This document shows, piece by piece, positions 30,956-40,241 of a stretch of DNA of 64,000 nt (position 1 is the first letter of the stretch; each line of letters begins with the position of its first letter). The stretch lies in assembly GCA_947456955.1 (NCBI GenBank), contig CANGTQ010000005.1, forward strand, positions 8,880 through 72,879, read 5' to 3'. The DNA is from Flavobacteriaceae bacterium. GTDB lineage: Bacteria; Bacteroidota; Bacteroidia; Flavobacteriales; Flavobacteriaceae. The notes under the pieces are model-generated. The model was not told the origin of the DNA and ran no database searches. It worked only from the letters and a program-made list of their open reading frames with translations. The position numbers were made by a program, and so were the translations under genes.

Positions 30956-32700
30956 ACAAAACAGTAAATAGTAATATAGGCGGTTTAATTTTTCACATAG
31001 ATGAAGATGCATACCAAAAATTAACTCGATATTTTGAGGCAATAAAACGTTCCCTTTCTAATTCTTCTGGTCAGGATGAAATCATGAATGACATTGAAAT
31101 GCGTGTAGCCGAATTGTTAACTGAAAAACAAAAAAGCGACAAACATGTAATCAACAATAAAGATGTTGATGAAGTAATTGTAATCATGGGTCAGCCAGAA
31201 GATTACCGAATAGACGATGACACAAACGATAAAGCAGCTTCGGAACCATTTTATCCCTATACTAAATCTAGAAAATTATATCGAGATAAAGACAGAGGAA
31301 CAATTGCCGGAGTTTGTTCAGGTTTAGGCCACTATTTCGGAATTGACGCTGTTTGGTTAAAAATCTTATTCCTGATATTATTCTTCGGATTCGGAACCGG
31401 ATTTATTGCATATATCATTCTTTGGATAGCGATGCCAAAAGCAGTAACTACTTCTGAAAAACTAGAAATGACTGGTGAACCAGTTACCATTTCTAATATC
31501 GAAAAAAAAGTAAGAGAAGAATTTGAAAGCGTTTCTAACAAGTTTAAAAACGCCGATTATAACAAAATAGGAAACGAAGCAAAAGCAGGAGCGACAAAAG
31601 TAGCTGATGGAATTGGTGAAATTTTCATGAATGTTTTCAAAGTATTTGCCAAAATATTAGGCACCATAATTTTAGTTTTCTCTTCATTTGCCTTATTGGG
31701 AATATGTTTTGTTTCCATCTTTATGATCTTTTCATCATCAATGCCGGACAACTACATTCTAAATCACATTAGCACACCTATTGGTTTAGAAACACCTATC
31801 TGGGCTCAAGGAGTATTATTTCTATTAGCTTTTGGAATACCAATGTTTTTCTTCTTAATGCTTGGATTAAAATTATTGGTAACCAACTTGAAATCGTTTG
31901 GGAATATTGTTAAATTCAGCTTATTAGGTATTTGGATAATTGCTGTTGGAATCTTAATTTCATTAGGAATAAACGAAGCTACTCAAATAGCGTTTGATGG
32001 AAAAACAGTTAAAAAAGAAACTATCAATATAGCGCAAACTGATACGTTAATAATAAAATTTAAAAACAATGATTTTTATTCAAAAAGTAGTTATGACCAT
32101 ACTGATTTCAAATTAACACAAGATGAGAAAAACAATGAAATAATTTATTCTAATAATGTTACGATTGAGATTATGAAAACGGAAGAAGCCCTACCCTATA
32201 TTCAAATTGAAAGACTAGCCGTTGGAAAATCAGCCAATGAAGCCAGAAATCGTGCAGAAAATATCAAATACGGTTATAAAATTGAAGGAAATAAAATAAT
32301 TTTAGACAATTATTTATTGACCGCTGCTAACTATAAATTCAGAGGTCAAAAAGTAGAATTGTTCTTGTATTTACCAAAAGGAACTTTGTTCAAAGCCGAT
32401 CAAAATGTTCAAAATTATAACAGAACCAGTAACGACTTTTTCAATTTGCACTTTAGTTCAAGTGACTATATTTATAAAGTGGAAGATTCTCAGGTAAAAT
32501 GTTTGAATTGTCCGGCTGATGAAAATGAATATAACGATGTTGAAAACGGCACAACGGAAGTTATCACCAATGAAAATGATAGCACTGATGTGGTTACTGT
32601 AAAAGTTAATGGTAAAACAGTTATTGAAACCAAATCAGAAAAAACAAAAACAGGAAAACTTACTGTTGGCGAAAACGGAGTAATAATTAAAACTAATTAA
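30952..32700 (+). CDS. PspC domain-containing membrane protein
   Basis: Overlaps padR stop by 4 nt. PspC motif LYRDKDRGTIAGVCSGLGHYFGIDAVWLKILFLIL followed by several TMs. Confidence 0.85.
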   Translation: MNKTVNSNIGGLIFHIDEDAYQKLTRYFEAIKRSLSNSSGQDEIMNDIEMRVAELLTEKQKSDKHVINNKDVDEVIVIMGQPEDYRIDDDTNDKAASEPFYPYTKSRKLYRDKDRGTIAGVCSGLGHYFGIDAVWLKILFLILFFGFGTGFIAYIILWIAMPKAVTTSEKLEMTGEPVTISNIEKKVREEFESVSNKFKNADYNKIGNEAKAGATKVADGIGEIFMNVFKVFAKILGTIILVFSSFALLGICFVSIFMIFSSSMPDNYILNHISTPIGLETPIWAQGVLFLLAFGIPMFFFLMLGLKLLVTNLKSFGNIVKFSLLGIWIIAVGILISLGINEATQIAFDGKTVKKETINIAQTDTLIIKFKNNDFYSKSSYDHTDFKLTQDEKNNEIIYSNNVTIEIMKTEEALPYIQIERLAVGKSANEARNRAENIKYGYKIEGNKIILDNYLLTAANYKFRGQKVELFLYLPKGTLFKADQNVQNYNRTSNDFFNLHFSSSDYIYKVEDSQVKCLNCPADENEYNDVENGTTEVITNENDSTDVVTVKVNGKTVIETKSEKTKTGKLTVGENGVIIKTN

Positions 32701-32702
32701 TC

Positions 32703-33446
32703 ATGTTGAAGTTCGTAGTATTTTGTGCCAAAATAATTGCCGCAACTATAGCAGCCGCACTTTTTGTCTCATGTCATGTAAGAGATATTCATTTCGGCAA
32801 TGGAATCGATGGTAATAGAAACGTTACAACAGAAAAACGTAACGTTGAAGGGAACTTTTCAAAAGTAGACGTAAGTCGCGGTTTAAACGTAACATTGGAA
32901 AAGGCTGACAACTATTTTGTAGAAGTAGAAGCCGATCAAAACTTGCAGGAACATATTTCTACCAAAGTTGAAAACGGAACGCTTTACATTACTTCTGATG
33001 AAAATATTGACGAAGCTACAGCAAAAAACATCCGTGTTAAACTGCCATCTTTAAGAGCACTTGAAGCTACCAGTGGCTCTTCAGTCAGTACGAAAAATAC
33101 CTTTGACGGAACTGATTTTAAAGTAAAAACCAGTAGCGGCAGCGAAGCAGATGTAAGCATAGAATATGATGTGGTAAAATGTGAAAGCACTAGCGGAAGT
33201 ACTCTGAAAGTAAACGGAAAAGCACTAAAACTTACTACACATTCTTCAAGCGGAAGCTCTATTAATGCTCAAGGTTTATTAGTTAATGATGTCGTTGCTG
33301 AATCATCAAGCGGCAGTTCGACCAACGTACATCCATTAGTGAGTTTAAAAGCAAAAGTATCTAGCGGAAGCTCTATCGATTATAACAGTTCTCCCAAAAC
33401 TGTAAGTAAAGAAGAAAGTTCTGGCGGAAGTGTTTCTAAAAAATAA
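32703..33446 (+). CDS. DUF2807 / head-GIN domain protein
   Basis: FSKVDVSRGLNVTLEKADNYFVEVEADQNLQEHISTKVENGTLYI then repeated SSGSS beta-helix-like units. Confidence 0.75.
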   Translation: MLKFVVFCAKIIAATIAAALFVSCHVRDIHFGNGIDGNRNVTTEKRNVEGNFSKVDVSRGLNVTLEKADNYFVEVEADQNLQEHISTKVENGTLYITSDENIDEATAKNIRVKLPSLRALEATSGSSVSTKNTFDGTDFKVKTSSGSEADVSIEYDVVKCESTSGSTLKVNGKALKLTTHSSSGSSINAQGLLVNDVVAESSSGSSTNVHPLVSLKAKVSSGSSIDYNSSPKTVSKEESSGGSVSKK

Positions 33447-33454
33447 GTTAATAA

Positions 33455-33488
33455 AACATCTCAATGAAAATTGAGATGTTTTTTTTTC
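33455..33488 (+). terminator. Rho-independent terminator
   Basis: aacatctcaat-gaaa-attgagatgtt followed by T8. Confidence 0.8.
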
Positions 33489-33558
33489 TATTTTTGACAC
33501 TGAGTCTAGTTCAGAAAACAAGACGAACTTATAAAGTAAAAACATTGATTGTAAATTC

Positions 33559-34398
33559 ATGAAAAAAATATTTATACTAAGTTTCCTTTTTATCACGGCA
33601 TTTAGCTTTGCCCAAAAGAAAGAAAAAGTAAAAGGTTCCAAAATTGTTAAATTGGAACAAAAACAAGTAGAAGACTTTGAGTCGCTTGAAGTAGAAGACA
33701 ACCTTGAATTATTTTTGATTAAAGGAAATGAATGTAGACTCGAAATAGAAGCCGATGATAATTTAATTGAATTTGTCGACTATAAATTAACCGGCAAAAA
33801 TCTCCGAATTTCAACTTCCAGAGATATTTCAAGTTATAAAAAACTCAGTGTTCGTGTTACCTACAACGACAAATTCAACATGGTCATTGCCAAAGATGAA
33901 ACCAATGTGACAGCTTTGTCCGATGTAATTTTAGACAACATTACTTTTAAGAGTTATGACTATTCTAAATTGTTTCTGAATGCCAAAACCAAAAACTTCA
34001 CGTTGATGGCCAACGATAAATCGAAAGTAGAACTCAATTTAAAATCCGAAAAAACAGCGGTTGATGTAAGCAAAAGCGCTTATGTAAAGGCACTTATTTC
34101 CTCTGGTGAAATGAAATTTGATATGTACCAAAAAGCAACTGCCGAAGTAGAAGGTGATGCAATAGATTTAAAACTCCGATTGGATAACAACACCGATTTC
34201 ACTGGTAAAAAATTTAAAGCTAAAAATGCTTTAGTAGAAACTTCAGGTTATGCCAAAACAAATATTAATATTAGTAATATGGCAACTCTGGATGCTTCCG
34301 GAAATAGTGAAATAGAATTGTATGGTGAACCCGTAAAAATTGAAATCAAGCGTTTTACCGATAGTGCTATTCTACAAAAAAAGCCAACTAAAAAATAA
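33559..34398 (+). CDS. DUF2807 / head-GIN domain protein (second paralog)
   Basis: Signal peptide, FESLEVEDNLELFLIKGNECRLEIEADDNLIEFVDYKLTGKNLRI. Confidence 0.7.
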   Translation: MKKIFILSFLFITAFSFAQKKEKVKGSKIVKLEQKQVEDFESLEVEDNLELFLIKGNECRLEIEADDNLIEFVDYKLTGKNLRISTSRDISSYKKLSVRVTYNDKFNMVIAKDETNVTALSDVILDNITFKSYDYSKLFLNAKTKNFTLMANDKSKVELNLKSEKTAVDVSKSAYVKALISSGEMKFDMYQKATAEVEGDAIDLKLRLDNNTDFTGKKFKAKNALVETSGYAKTNINISNMATLDASGNSEIELYGEPVKIEIKRFTDSAILQKKPTKK

Positions 34399-34402
34399 AA
34401 AT

Positions 34403-34443
34403 AATCCCATCTTGTTCCAAAAAAACAAGAAGGATTTTTTTTT
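34403..34443. terminator. Bidirectional terminator between convergent genes
   Basis: aatcccatcttgtt-ccaaaaaa-acaagaaggatt followed by T9. Confidence 0.6.
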
Positions 34444-35368
34444 ATGGTTCTATTTTAGATGCCAAGAGATAAATAACAGCCATTCTAATGGCTACACCAT
34501 TTTCAACTTGATCTAAGATGACCGATTGTTTAGAGTCGGCAACATCTGAAGTAATTTCTACTCCCCGATTAATTGGTCCTGGATGCATAATTACAATTTC
34601 TTTTGATAAAGAATCTAAAAGTTGTTTGTCAACACCATATTGCATTGCGTATTCTCGTGTTGATGGAAAGTAATTAAAATCCATTCTTTCGTTCTGAACA
34701 CGAAGCATATTGGCTGCATCGCACCATTCTAGTGCTTTTCTCAGGTTTGGCTCAACCACTACCCCAAGACTTTCAATGTGCTTTGGAATTAAGGTTTTTG
34801 GTCCACATACTTTTACTTCTGCACCCTGCATTTGAAGTGCATAGATATTGGATAATGCTACTCGTGAATGTAAAATATCACCAACGATTACCACTTTCTT
34901 ACCTCTTACTTCACCCAATCTTTCTCTAATGGAATAACTATCTAAAAGTGCTTGTGTTGGATGTTCATGTGCTCCGTCTCCAGCGTTTATGATGCTTGCT
35001 TTTACGTTTTGTGATAAGAAAAAAGCAGCTCCGGGATTCGCATGTCGCATGACAACCATATCCACCTTCATAGATAGGATATTGTTTACCGTGTCTATTA
35101 ATGTTTCACCTTTTTTTACTGAAGATTGTGCTGTAGAAAAACTAATAACATCTGCAGATAATCTTTTTTGAGCTAACTCAAAGGAAAGTTTGGTTCGTGT
35201 ACTGTTTTCAAAAAAAATGTTGGCAATGGTAATGTCGCGCAGCGATGGCACTTTCTTAATTGGCCGATTGATGACTTCTTTGAAATGATCAGCCGTTTCA
35301 AATATCAAATCGATATCTTGCTTGTTAAGATACTTTATCCCTAATAAATGGTTAACTGATAGTTCCAA
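34442..35368 (-). CDS. pyrB: Aspartate carbamoyltransferase catalytic subunit
   Basis: FFENSTRTKLSFE, HEHPTQALLD, MHPGPINRG. Confidence 0.95.
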   Translation of the reverse strand: MELSVNHLLGIKYLNKQDIDLIFETADHFKEVINRPIKKVPSLRDITIANIFFENSTRTKLSFELAQKRLSADVISFSTAQSSVKKGETLIDTVNNILSMKVDMVVMRHANPGAAFFLSQNVKASIINAGDGAHEHPTQALLDSYSIRERLGEVRGKKVVIVGDILHSRVALSNIYALQMQGAEVKVCGPKTLIPKHIESLGVVVEPNLRKALEWCDAANMLRVQNERMDFNYFPSTREYAMQYGVDKQLLDSLSKEIVIMHPGPINRGVEITSDVADSKQSVILDQVENGVAIRMAVIYLLASKIEP

Positions 35369-35415
35369 TTGAGTTTATGGTTTGTAGTTTGTTGTTTGTT
35401 GTTTATAGTTTAAAT

Positions 35416-35452
35416 CCTTATTCCTTATTCCTTATTCCTTATTCCTTATTCC
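35416..35452. repeat. (CCTTATT)5 heptamer tandem repeat abutting pyrR stop
   Basis: Five exact copies 35416..35450 plus a partial one, preceded by GTTTGTT-like words 35377..35410. Fills the pyrR-pyrB spacer. Confidence 0.9.
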
Positions 35453-35985
35453 TAAATCAAATAAACTGCATCTTCCCCATCCTTCTCCTTCCAGCAGACT
35501 TTTACTTTTTCATCGTTAATAACATCAACTTGACGACCTCGATAATCAGGTTGTATTGGCAGATGACGACTGAATCTTCTGTCAATTAACACTAACAGTT
35601 CTATTTCTGACGGTCTTCCAAAGGATTGTATGGCAGTCAATGCAGCTCGTATGCTTCTTCCTGTGAAGAGCACATCGTCAATAAAGACAACTTTCTTATC
35701 TTCAACTAGGAAGTCGATTTGGGTCTTATTTGCTTCTAATTGTTTTTCGCCACGTCGGAAATCATCACGGAAAAAAGTGATGTCTAAAAATCCTAAGGAT
35801 ATATTTTTGATGTTGTATTCGGTTTCTAAAATGATTTTCAATCGTTCAGCGAGCGAAACACCGCGGGGTTGAATTCCAATAAGAACTGAGTTGGAAAAAT
35901 CAAGGTGATTTTCAATCAACTGACAAGCCAAACGATGGAGTATGATATTGACTTCTTTGGAAGTGAGCAATACTTTTTGACTCAT
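35452..35985 (-). CDS. pyrR: Bifunctional pyr operon regulator / uracil phosphoribosyltransferase PyrR
   Basis: 177 aa. PRPP motif VVFIDDVLFTGRSIRAAL. Confidence 0.92.
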   Translation of the reverse strand: MSQKVLLTSKEVNIILHRLACQLIENHLDFSNSVLIGIQPRGVSLAERLKIILETEYNIKNISLGFLDITFFRDDFRRGEKQLEANKTQIDFLVEDKKVVFIDDVLFTGRSIRAALTAIQSFGRPSEIELLVLIDRRFSRHLPIQPDYRGRQVDVINDEKVKVCWKEKDGEDAVYLI

Positions 35986-36256
35986 GATAGTGTTGTTTGG
36001 GATACAAATATAAGAATTATGAATTAGGTTCTTTAATTATGATTTAAAGATTTATAAAAAGATGAAATTTTGATGAATTTACTACTTACAAATAAGTATT
36101 TTTTTATTGTAAATAATTTGTCGATGGGTTTTCATTCTTTAACTTATGAAGAATTGAAAAAAAATGTCGGTTCTAAAATAACTAAAAATAAAACTAATAA
36201 AAGTACTTCCTTTTGAAAGTGCTTTTTTTGTACTTTTAAATTTCTAAAAAAAGTAT

Positions 36257-37384
36257 ATGTCCAAACTTCCTCATATCGGCTCGAGCATCTTTACTGTAAT
36301 GTCACAAATGGCAACCGAACACAACGCTATTAATCTTTCACAGGGATTTCCGAATTTTCCGGTTGACAAAAGATTAATTGCTATTTTTGCCCGACTGGCA
36401 TCTGAAAACGTACATCAATATAGTCCAATGAGCGGATATCCTCCACTTTTAGAAAAGATCGCTAAGCTTACCCAACAATCATATCGAAGAATAGTTAATA
36501 ATAAGAGTGAAATCCTTATCACCGCTGGCGCGACTGAAGGAATATTTGCCGCGATTCAAGCATTAGTCAACCCTAATGAAGAAGTTATTATTCTTGATCC
36601 AAGTTACGATTGCTACGAAGCTCCAATTTTATTAAGCAACGCCAAACCAATTCGGGTGGCACTTAACGATGATTTTACACCCAATTGGGAAAACATAAAT
36701 GCAGCTACAAACGAGAATACAAAACTCATCATCATCAACAATCCGCATAACCCAACAGGTAAAACCTGGACTTCAGCTGATTTTGATCAATTAGAAAAAT
36801 TAGTTGACTCCTTCTCTAACCTAATCGTTTTTTCGGATGAAGTTTATGAATACATTACTTTTGAACAGCCGCATATTTCAATCCATAATCGTCAAAAATT
36901 ATGGAATCGAAGCATTACCGTTTCTTCTTTTGGAAAATCATTTCACATTACAGGATGGAAAATTGGTTATATCATTGCACCGGAACATTTGATGAAAGAA
37001 ATCAAAAAAGTGCATCAATTCCTTGTTTTTAGTGTGAATAGTATTTCGCAAGTTGCCATTTCGGAATATCTGGATATTGTTGATGTCTATAGTCTTGGAA
37101 ATTTCTACCAACAAAAAAGAGATTTCTTCCGTAATTTATTGAAAGAAACCAAACTGCAACTCTTACCTTGCGAGGGCACTTATTTTCAGGTTGCTTCTTA
37201 TGCCAACATTTCAAGTGAAGATGATTTTACTTTCACCAAGCGATTGGTAACCGAATTTGGTGTGGCAGCCATTCCGATTTCTCCTTTCTATGCAGATGGG
37301 AGAGACACCAAATGCATTCGGTTTTGCTTTGCCAAAGATAATGCAACACTAATTCAAGCTGCTGAAAGATTAATAAAACTATAA
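36257..37384 (+). CDS. Class I/II pyridoxal-phosphate aminotransferase (methionine aminotransferase-like)
   Basis: 375 aa. NNPHNPTG, PLP-lysine context SSFGKSFHITGWKIGY. Confidence 0.85.
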   Translation: MSKLPHIGSSIFTVMSQMATEHNAINLSQGFPNFPVDKRLIAIFARLASENVHQYSPMSGYPPLLEKIAKLTQQSYRRIVNNKSEILITAGATEGIFAAIQALVNPNEEVIILDPSYDCYEAPILLSNAKPIRVALNDDFTPNWENINAATNENTKLIIINNPHNPTGKTWTSADFDQLEKLVDSFSNLIVFSDEVYEYITFEQPHISIHNRQKLWNRSITVSSFGKSFHITGWKIGYIIAPEHLMKEIKKVHQFLVFSVNSISQVAISEYLDIVDVYSLGNFYQQKRDFFRNLLKETKLQLLPCEGTYFQVASYANISSEDDFTFTKRLVTEFGVAAIPISPFYADGRDTKCIRFCFAKDNATLIQAAERLIKL

Positions 37385-37411
37385 TTATATTTACCAAAAA
37401 AATAAAACCTT

Positions 37412-38323
37412 ATGAATTTCTCTGCAAAAATGCTTCGTGATAATGCATTATCCGATAAAGTAATAGTAGTAACTGGTGGCGGAAGTGGCTTGGGTAAAGC
37501 CATGACCAAATATTTTCTTGAATTAGGAGCAAAAGTGGCCATTACATCACGCGATTTTGAAAAACTAAAAATCACTGCATCCGAATTGGAAAAAGAAACT
37601 GGTGAAACCCGAGGCGAAGCTGAACTGAGCGGAGTTAAATGCCTTCCTATTCAATGCGATGTTCGCCATTATGACCAAGTTGAAGCCATGCTTGCTGAAG
37701 TATTGAAAACTTTTGGAAGAGTTGATGTATTGCTAAACAATGCAGCCGGAAACTTCATCTCGCCTACCGAAAGACTTTCTGCCATTGCTTTCGATACCAT
37801 CATCGATATTGTTTTAAAAGGTTCCAAAAACTGTACACTCGCTTTTGGCAAACATTGGATTGCCGAAAAACAAACCAATTGCAATGTTTTGAATATTGTA
37901 ACAACTTATGCTTGGACAGGTTCGGGTTATGTGGTGCCAAGTGCCACGGCCAAAGCCGGAGTTTTAGCAATGACTAGAAGTTTAGCAGTAGAATGGGCAA
38001 AATATGGTATTCGAATGAACGCCATTGCTCCCGGACCATTTCCAACAAAAGGTGCTTGGGACAGATTATTACCCGGAGATTTAGCCGAAAAATTTGATAT
38101 GGCAAAGAAGGTCCCGTTAAAACGCGTTGGAGACCATCAAGAGTTAGCCAATTTAGCAGCTTATTTAGTCTCTGATTTCTCTGCCTATATCAATGGCGAA
38201 GTGATTGTTATTGACGGCGGTGAATGGTTACAAGGCGCAGGCCAATTCAACATCTTAGAAAAAATTCCGCAAGAAATGTGGGATATGATTGAGGGGATGA
38301 TTAAGAATAAAGGAAGTAAATAG
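37412..38323 (+). CDS. SDR family oxidoreductase (2,4-dienoyl-CoA reductase-like)
   Basis: VTGGGSGLGKA, NNAAGNF, DVRHYDQV. Carries an apparent 11-aa insertion (ETRGEAELSGV), see findings. Confidence 0.85.
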   Translation: MNFSAKMLRDNALSDKVIVVTGGGSGLGKAMTKYFLELGAKVAITSRDFEKLKITASELEKETGETRGEAELSGVKCLPIQCDVRHYDQVEAMLAEVLKTFGRVDVLLNNAAGNFISPTERLSAIAFDTIIDIVLKGSKNCTLAFGKHWIAEKQTNCNVLNIVTTYAWTGSGYVVPSATAKAGVLAMTRSLAVEWAKYGIRMNAIAPGPFPTKGAWDRLLPGDLAEKFDMAKKVPLKRVGDHQELANLAAYLVSDFSAYINGEVIVIDGGEWLQGAGQFNILEKIPQEMWDMIEGMIKNKGSK

Positions 38324-38327
38324 TTAG

Positions 38328-38431
38328 CAGTCTCAGTCTCAGTCTCAGTCTCAGTCTCAGTCTCAGTCTTAACCTCAGTCTTAACCTGAGTCTCAACCTC
38401 AGTCTCAGTCTCAACCTCAACCTCAGTCACA
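38328..38431. repeat. (CAGTCT)7 hexamer microsatellite plus degenerate CAACCT/TAACCT units
   Basis: Seven perfect CAGTCT copies 38328..38369, then about 10 degenerate units. Generates the spurious TETETE ORF 38185..38487. Confidence 0.95.
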
Positions 38432-38570
38432 GAAGGCAGATTTCTTAACTGAAAACTGCAACCGCAACTGAAAACTAGACCACTCAAAACTTTACAAGAA
38501 TGTTAACAAAATTCCGTTGGCAAAGCCATAAATAATTGTATTTTTACGGCTCTAAATTTTTTAAAATTAA

Positions 38571-39338
38571 ATGGGTAAAATCATTGCTATTGCCAATCAA
38601 AAAGGTGGTGTTGGAAAAACAACAACTTCTGTAAACCTTGCAGCATCACTGGGAGTTTTAGAAAAAAAAGTACTTTTAATAGACGCTGATCCACAAGCCA
38701 ACGCCAGTTCCGGTTTAGGTATTGATGTGGAAAATGTGGCTATTGGTACCTATCAAATTCTAGAACACAGCAATACACCTTCAGAAGCTATTATTCCATG
38801 TAGCGCACCAAATGTTTGGGTAATTCCTTCGCATATTGATTTGGTTGCCATTGAAATCGAGTTGGTTGATAAAGAAAATCGAGAGTACATGCTTAAACAG
38901 GCTTTGGAAAGCATCAAAGACGAATATGATTATATCTTAATTGATTGTGCTCCATCTTTAGGTTTGTTAACATTAAATGCATTAACATCCGCCGATAGCG
39001 TGGTCATTCCTATTCAATGTGAATATTTTGCTTTAGAAGGTTTAGGAAAACTATTAAACACGATTAAAAGTGTTCAAAAAATACACAACGCAAATTTGGA
39101 TATCGAAGGACTTTTATTAACCATGTTTGACTCCCGTTTGCGTTTGTCTAATCAAGTGGTTGAAGAAGTACAAAAACATTTTAGTGACATGGTTTTCAAA
39201 ACAATCATTCAACGAAATGTGAAATTAAGTGAAGCACCAAGCTTTGGTGAAAGTATCATTAACTTTGATGCAACAAGCAGAGGTGCAACAAACTACTTGA
39301 GTTTAGCCGAAGAAATTATCAAGAAAAACAGCAATTAA
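38571..39338 (+). CDS. parA: ParA family chromosome partitioning ATPase
   Basis: Deviant Walker A NQKGGVGKTTT, IDCAPSLG. Confidence 0.93.
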   Translation: MGKIIAIANQKGGVGKTTTSVNLAASLGVLEKKVLLIDADPQANASSGLGIDVENVAIGTYQILEHSNTPSEAIIPCSAPNVWVIPSHIDLVAIEIELVDKENREYMLKQALESIKDEYDYILIDCAPSLGLLTLNALTSADSVVIPIQCEYFALEGLGKLLNTIKSVQKIHNANLDIEGLLLTMFDSRLRLSNQVVEEVQKHFSDMVFKTIIQRNVKLSEAPSFGESIINFDATSRGATNYLSLAEEIIKKNSN

Positions 39339-39341
39339 GCC

Positions 39342-40241
39342 ATGGCAAAAGCTATAAAGAAACAAGCATTAGGAAGAGGTTTATCAGCCTTATTGAAAGA
39401 TCCTGATAATGATATAAAATCGATTGGTGATAAAAATGCCGACAAAGTTGTAGGCAATATCATCGAACTAGATATTGAGGCAATTGCCATAAATCCATTT
39501 CAACCAAGAAGTAATTTCAATGAAGATTCGCTACAGGAATTAGCTTCATCTATCAAAGAATTAGGATTAATTCAACCGATAACCGTTCGAAAATTAGACT
39601 TCAATAAATACCAATTAATTTCAGGAGAACGTCGTTTACGTGCTTCAAAATTAGTGGGTTTGAAAACAGTTCCTGCATACATCAGAATTGCCAATGACAA
39701 TGAATCATTGTTAATGGCTTTGGTAGAAAATATTCAACGTCACGATTTAGACCCAATAGAGATTGCGCTTTCGTATCAAAGATTAATTGACGAAATTCAA
39801 TTGACTCAGGAACAAATGAGCGAACGCGTTGGAAAAAAACGTTCTACGATTGCCAACTATTTGCGATTGTTAAAGTTAGACCCAATCATTCAAACCGGAA
39901 TTCGTGATGGTTTTATCAGTATGGGACACGGTCGTGCAATAATCAATATTGAAGATCAGGACGTACAGACAGATATTTACCAAAAAATTGTAAGTCAAAA
40001 TCTTTCAGTTCGTGAGACTGAAGCTTTGGTTAAAAATTACCAAGAAAGCATTAAACCTGCATCACCAAAAGCTAAAAAAGCAGCTTCATTCAAAGTTGAA
40101 GATGAGCAAAAAAAAGCATTCGCAAATTTCTTCGGTTCAAAAATTGACGTAAAAGTTGCCGGAAACGGTAAAGGAAAAATCACGATTCCGTTTCACTCCG
40201 AAGAAGATTTTAATCGCATTATCAAACTAATAAAAGGTTAG
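39342..40241 (+). CDS. parB: ParB/Spo0J chromosome partitioning protein
   Basis: ParB box LISGERRLRAS, HTH SERVGKKRSTIANYLRLL. Confidence 0.93.
   Translation: MAKAIKKQALGRGLSALLKDPDNDIKSIGDKNADKVVGNIIELDIEAIAINPFQPRSNFNEDSLQELASSIKELGLIQPITVRKLDFNKYQLISGERRLRASKLVGLKTVPAYIRIANDNESLLMALVENIQRHDLDPIEIALSYQRLIDEIQLTQEQMSERVGKKRSTIANYLRLLKLDPIIQTGIRDGFISMGHGRAIINIEDQDVQTDIYQKIVSQNLSVRETEALVKNYQESIKPASPKAKKAASFKVEDEQKKAFANFFGSKIDVKVAGNGKGKITIPFHSEEDFNRIIKLIKG

Noticed and set aside
38328-38431. CRISPR array
   Set aside because: The period is 6 nt with no spacers, and there are no cas genes in the window.
38185-38487. 100-aa minus-strand ORF rich in TETETETE/VETEV
   Set aside because: It is simply the translation of the CAGTCT hexamer microsatellite and overlaps the SDR gene 3' end. 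It is not a real gene.
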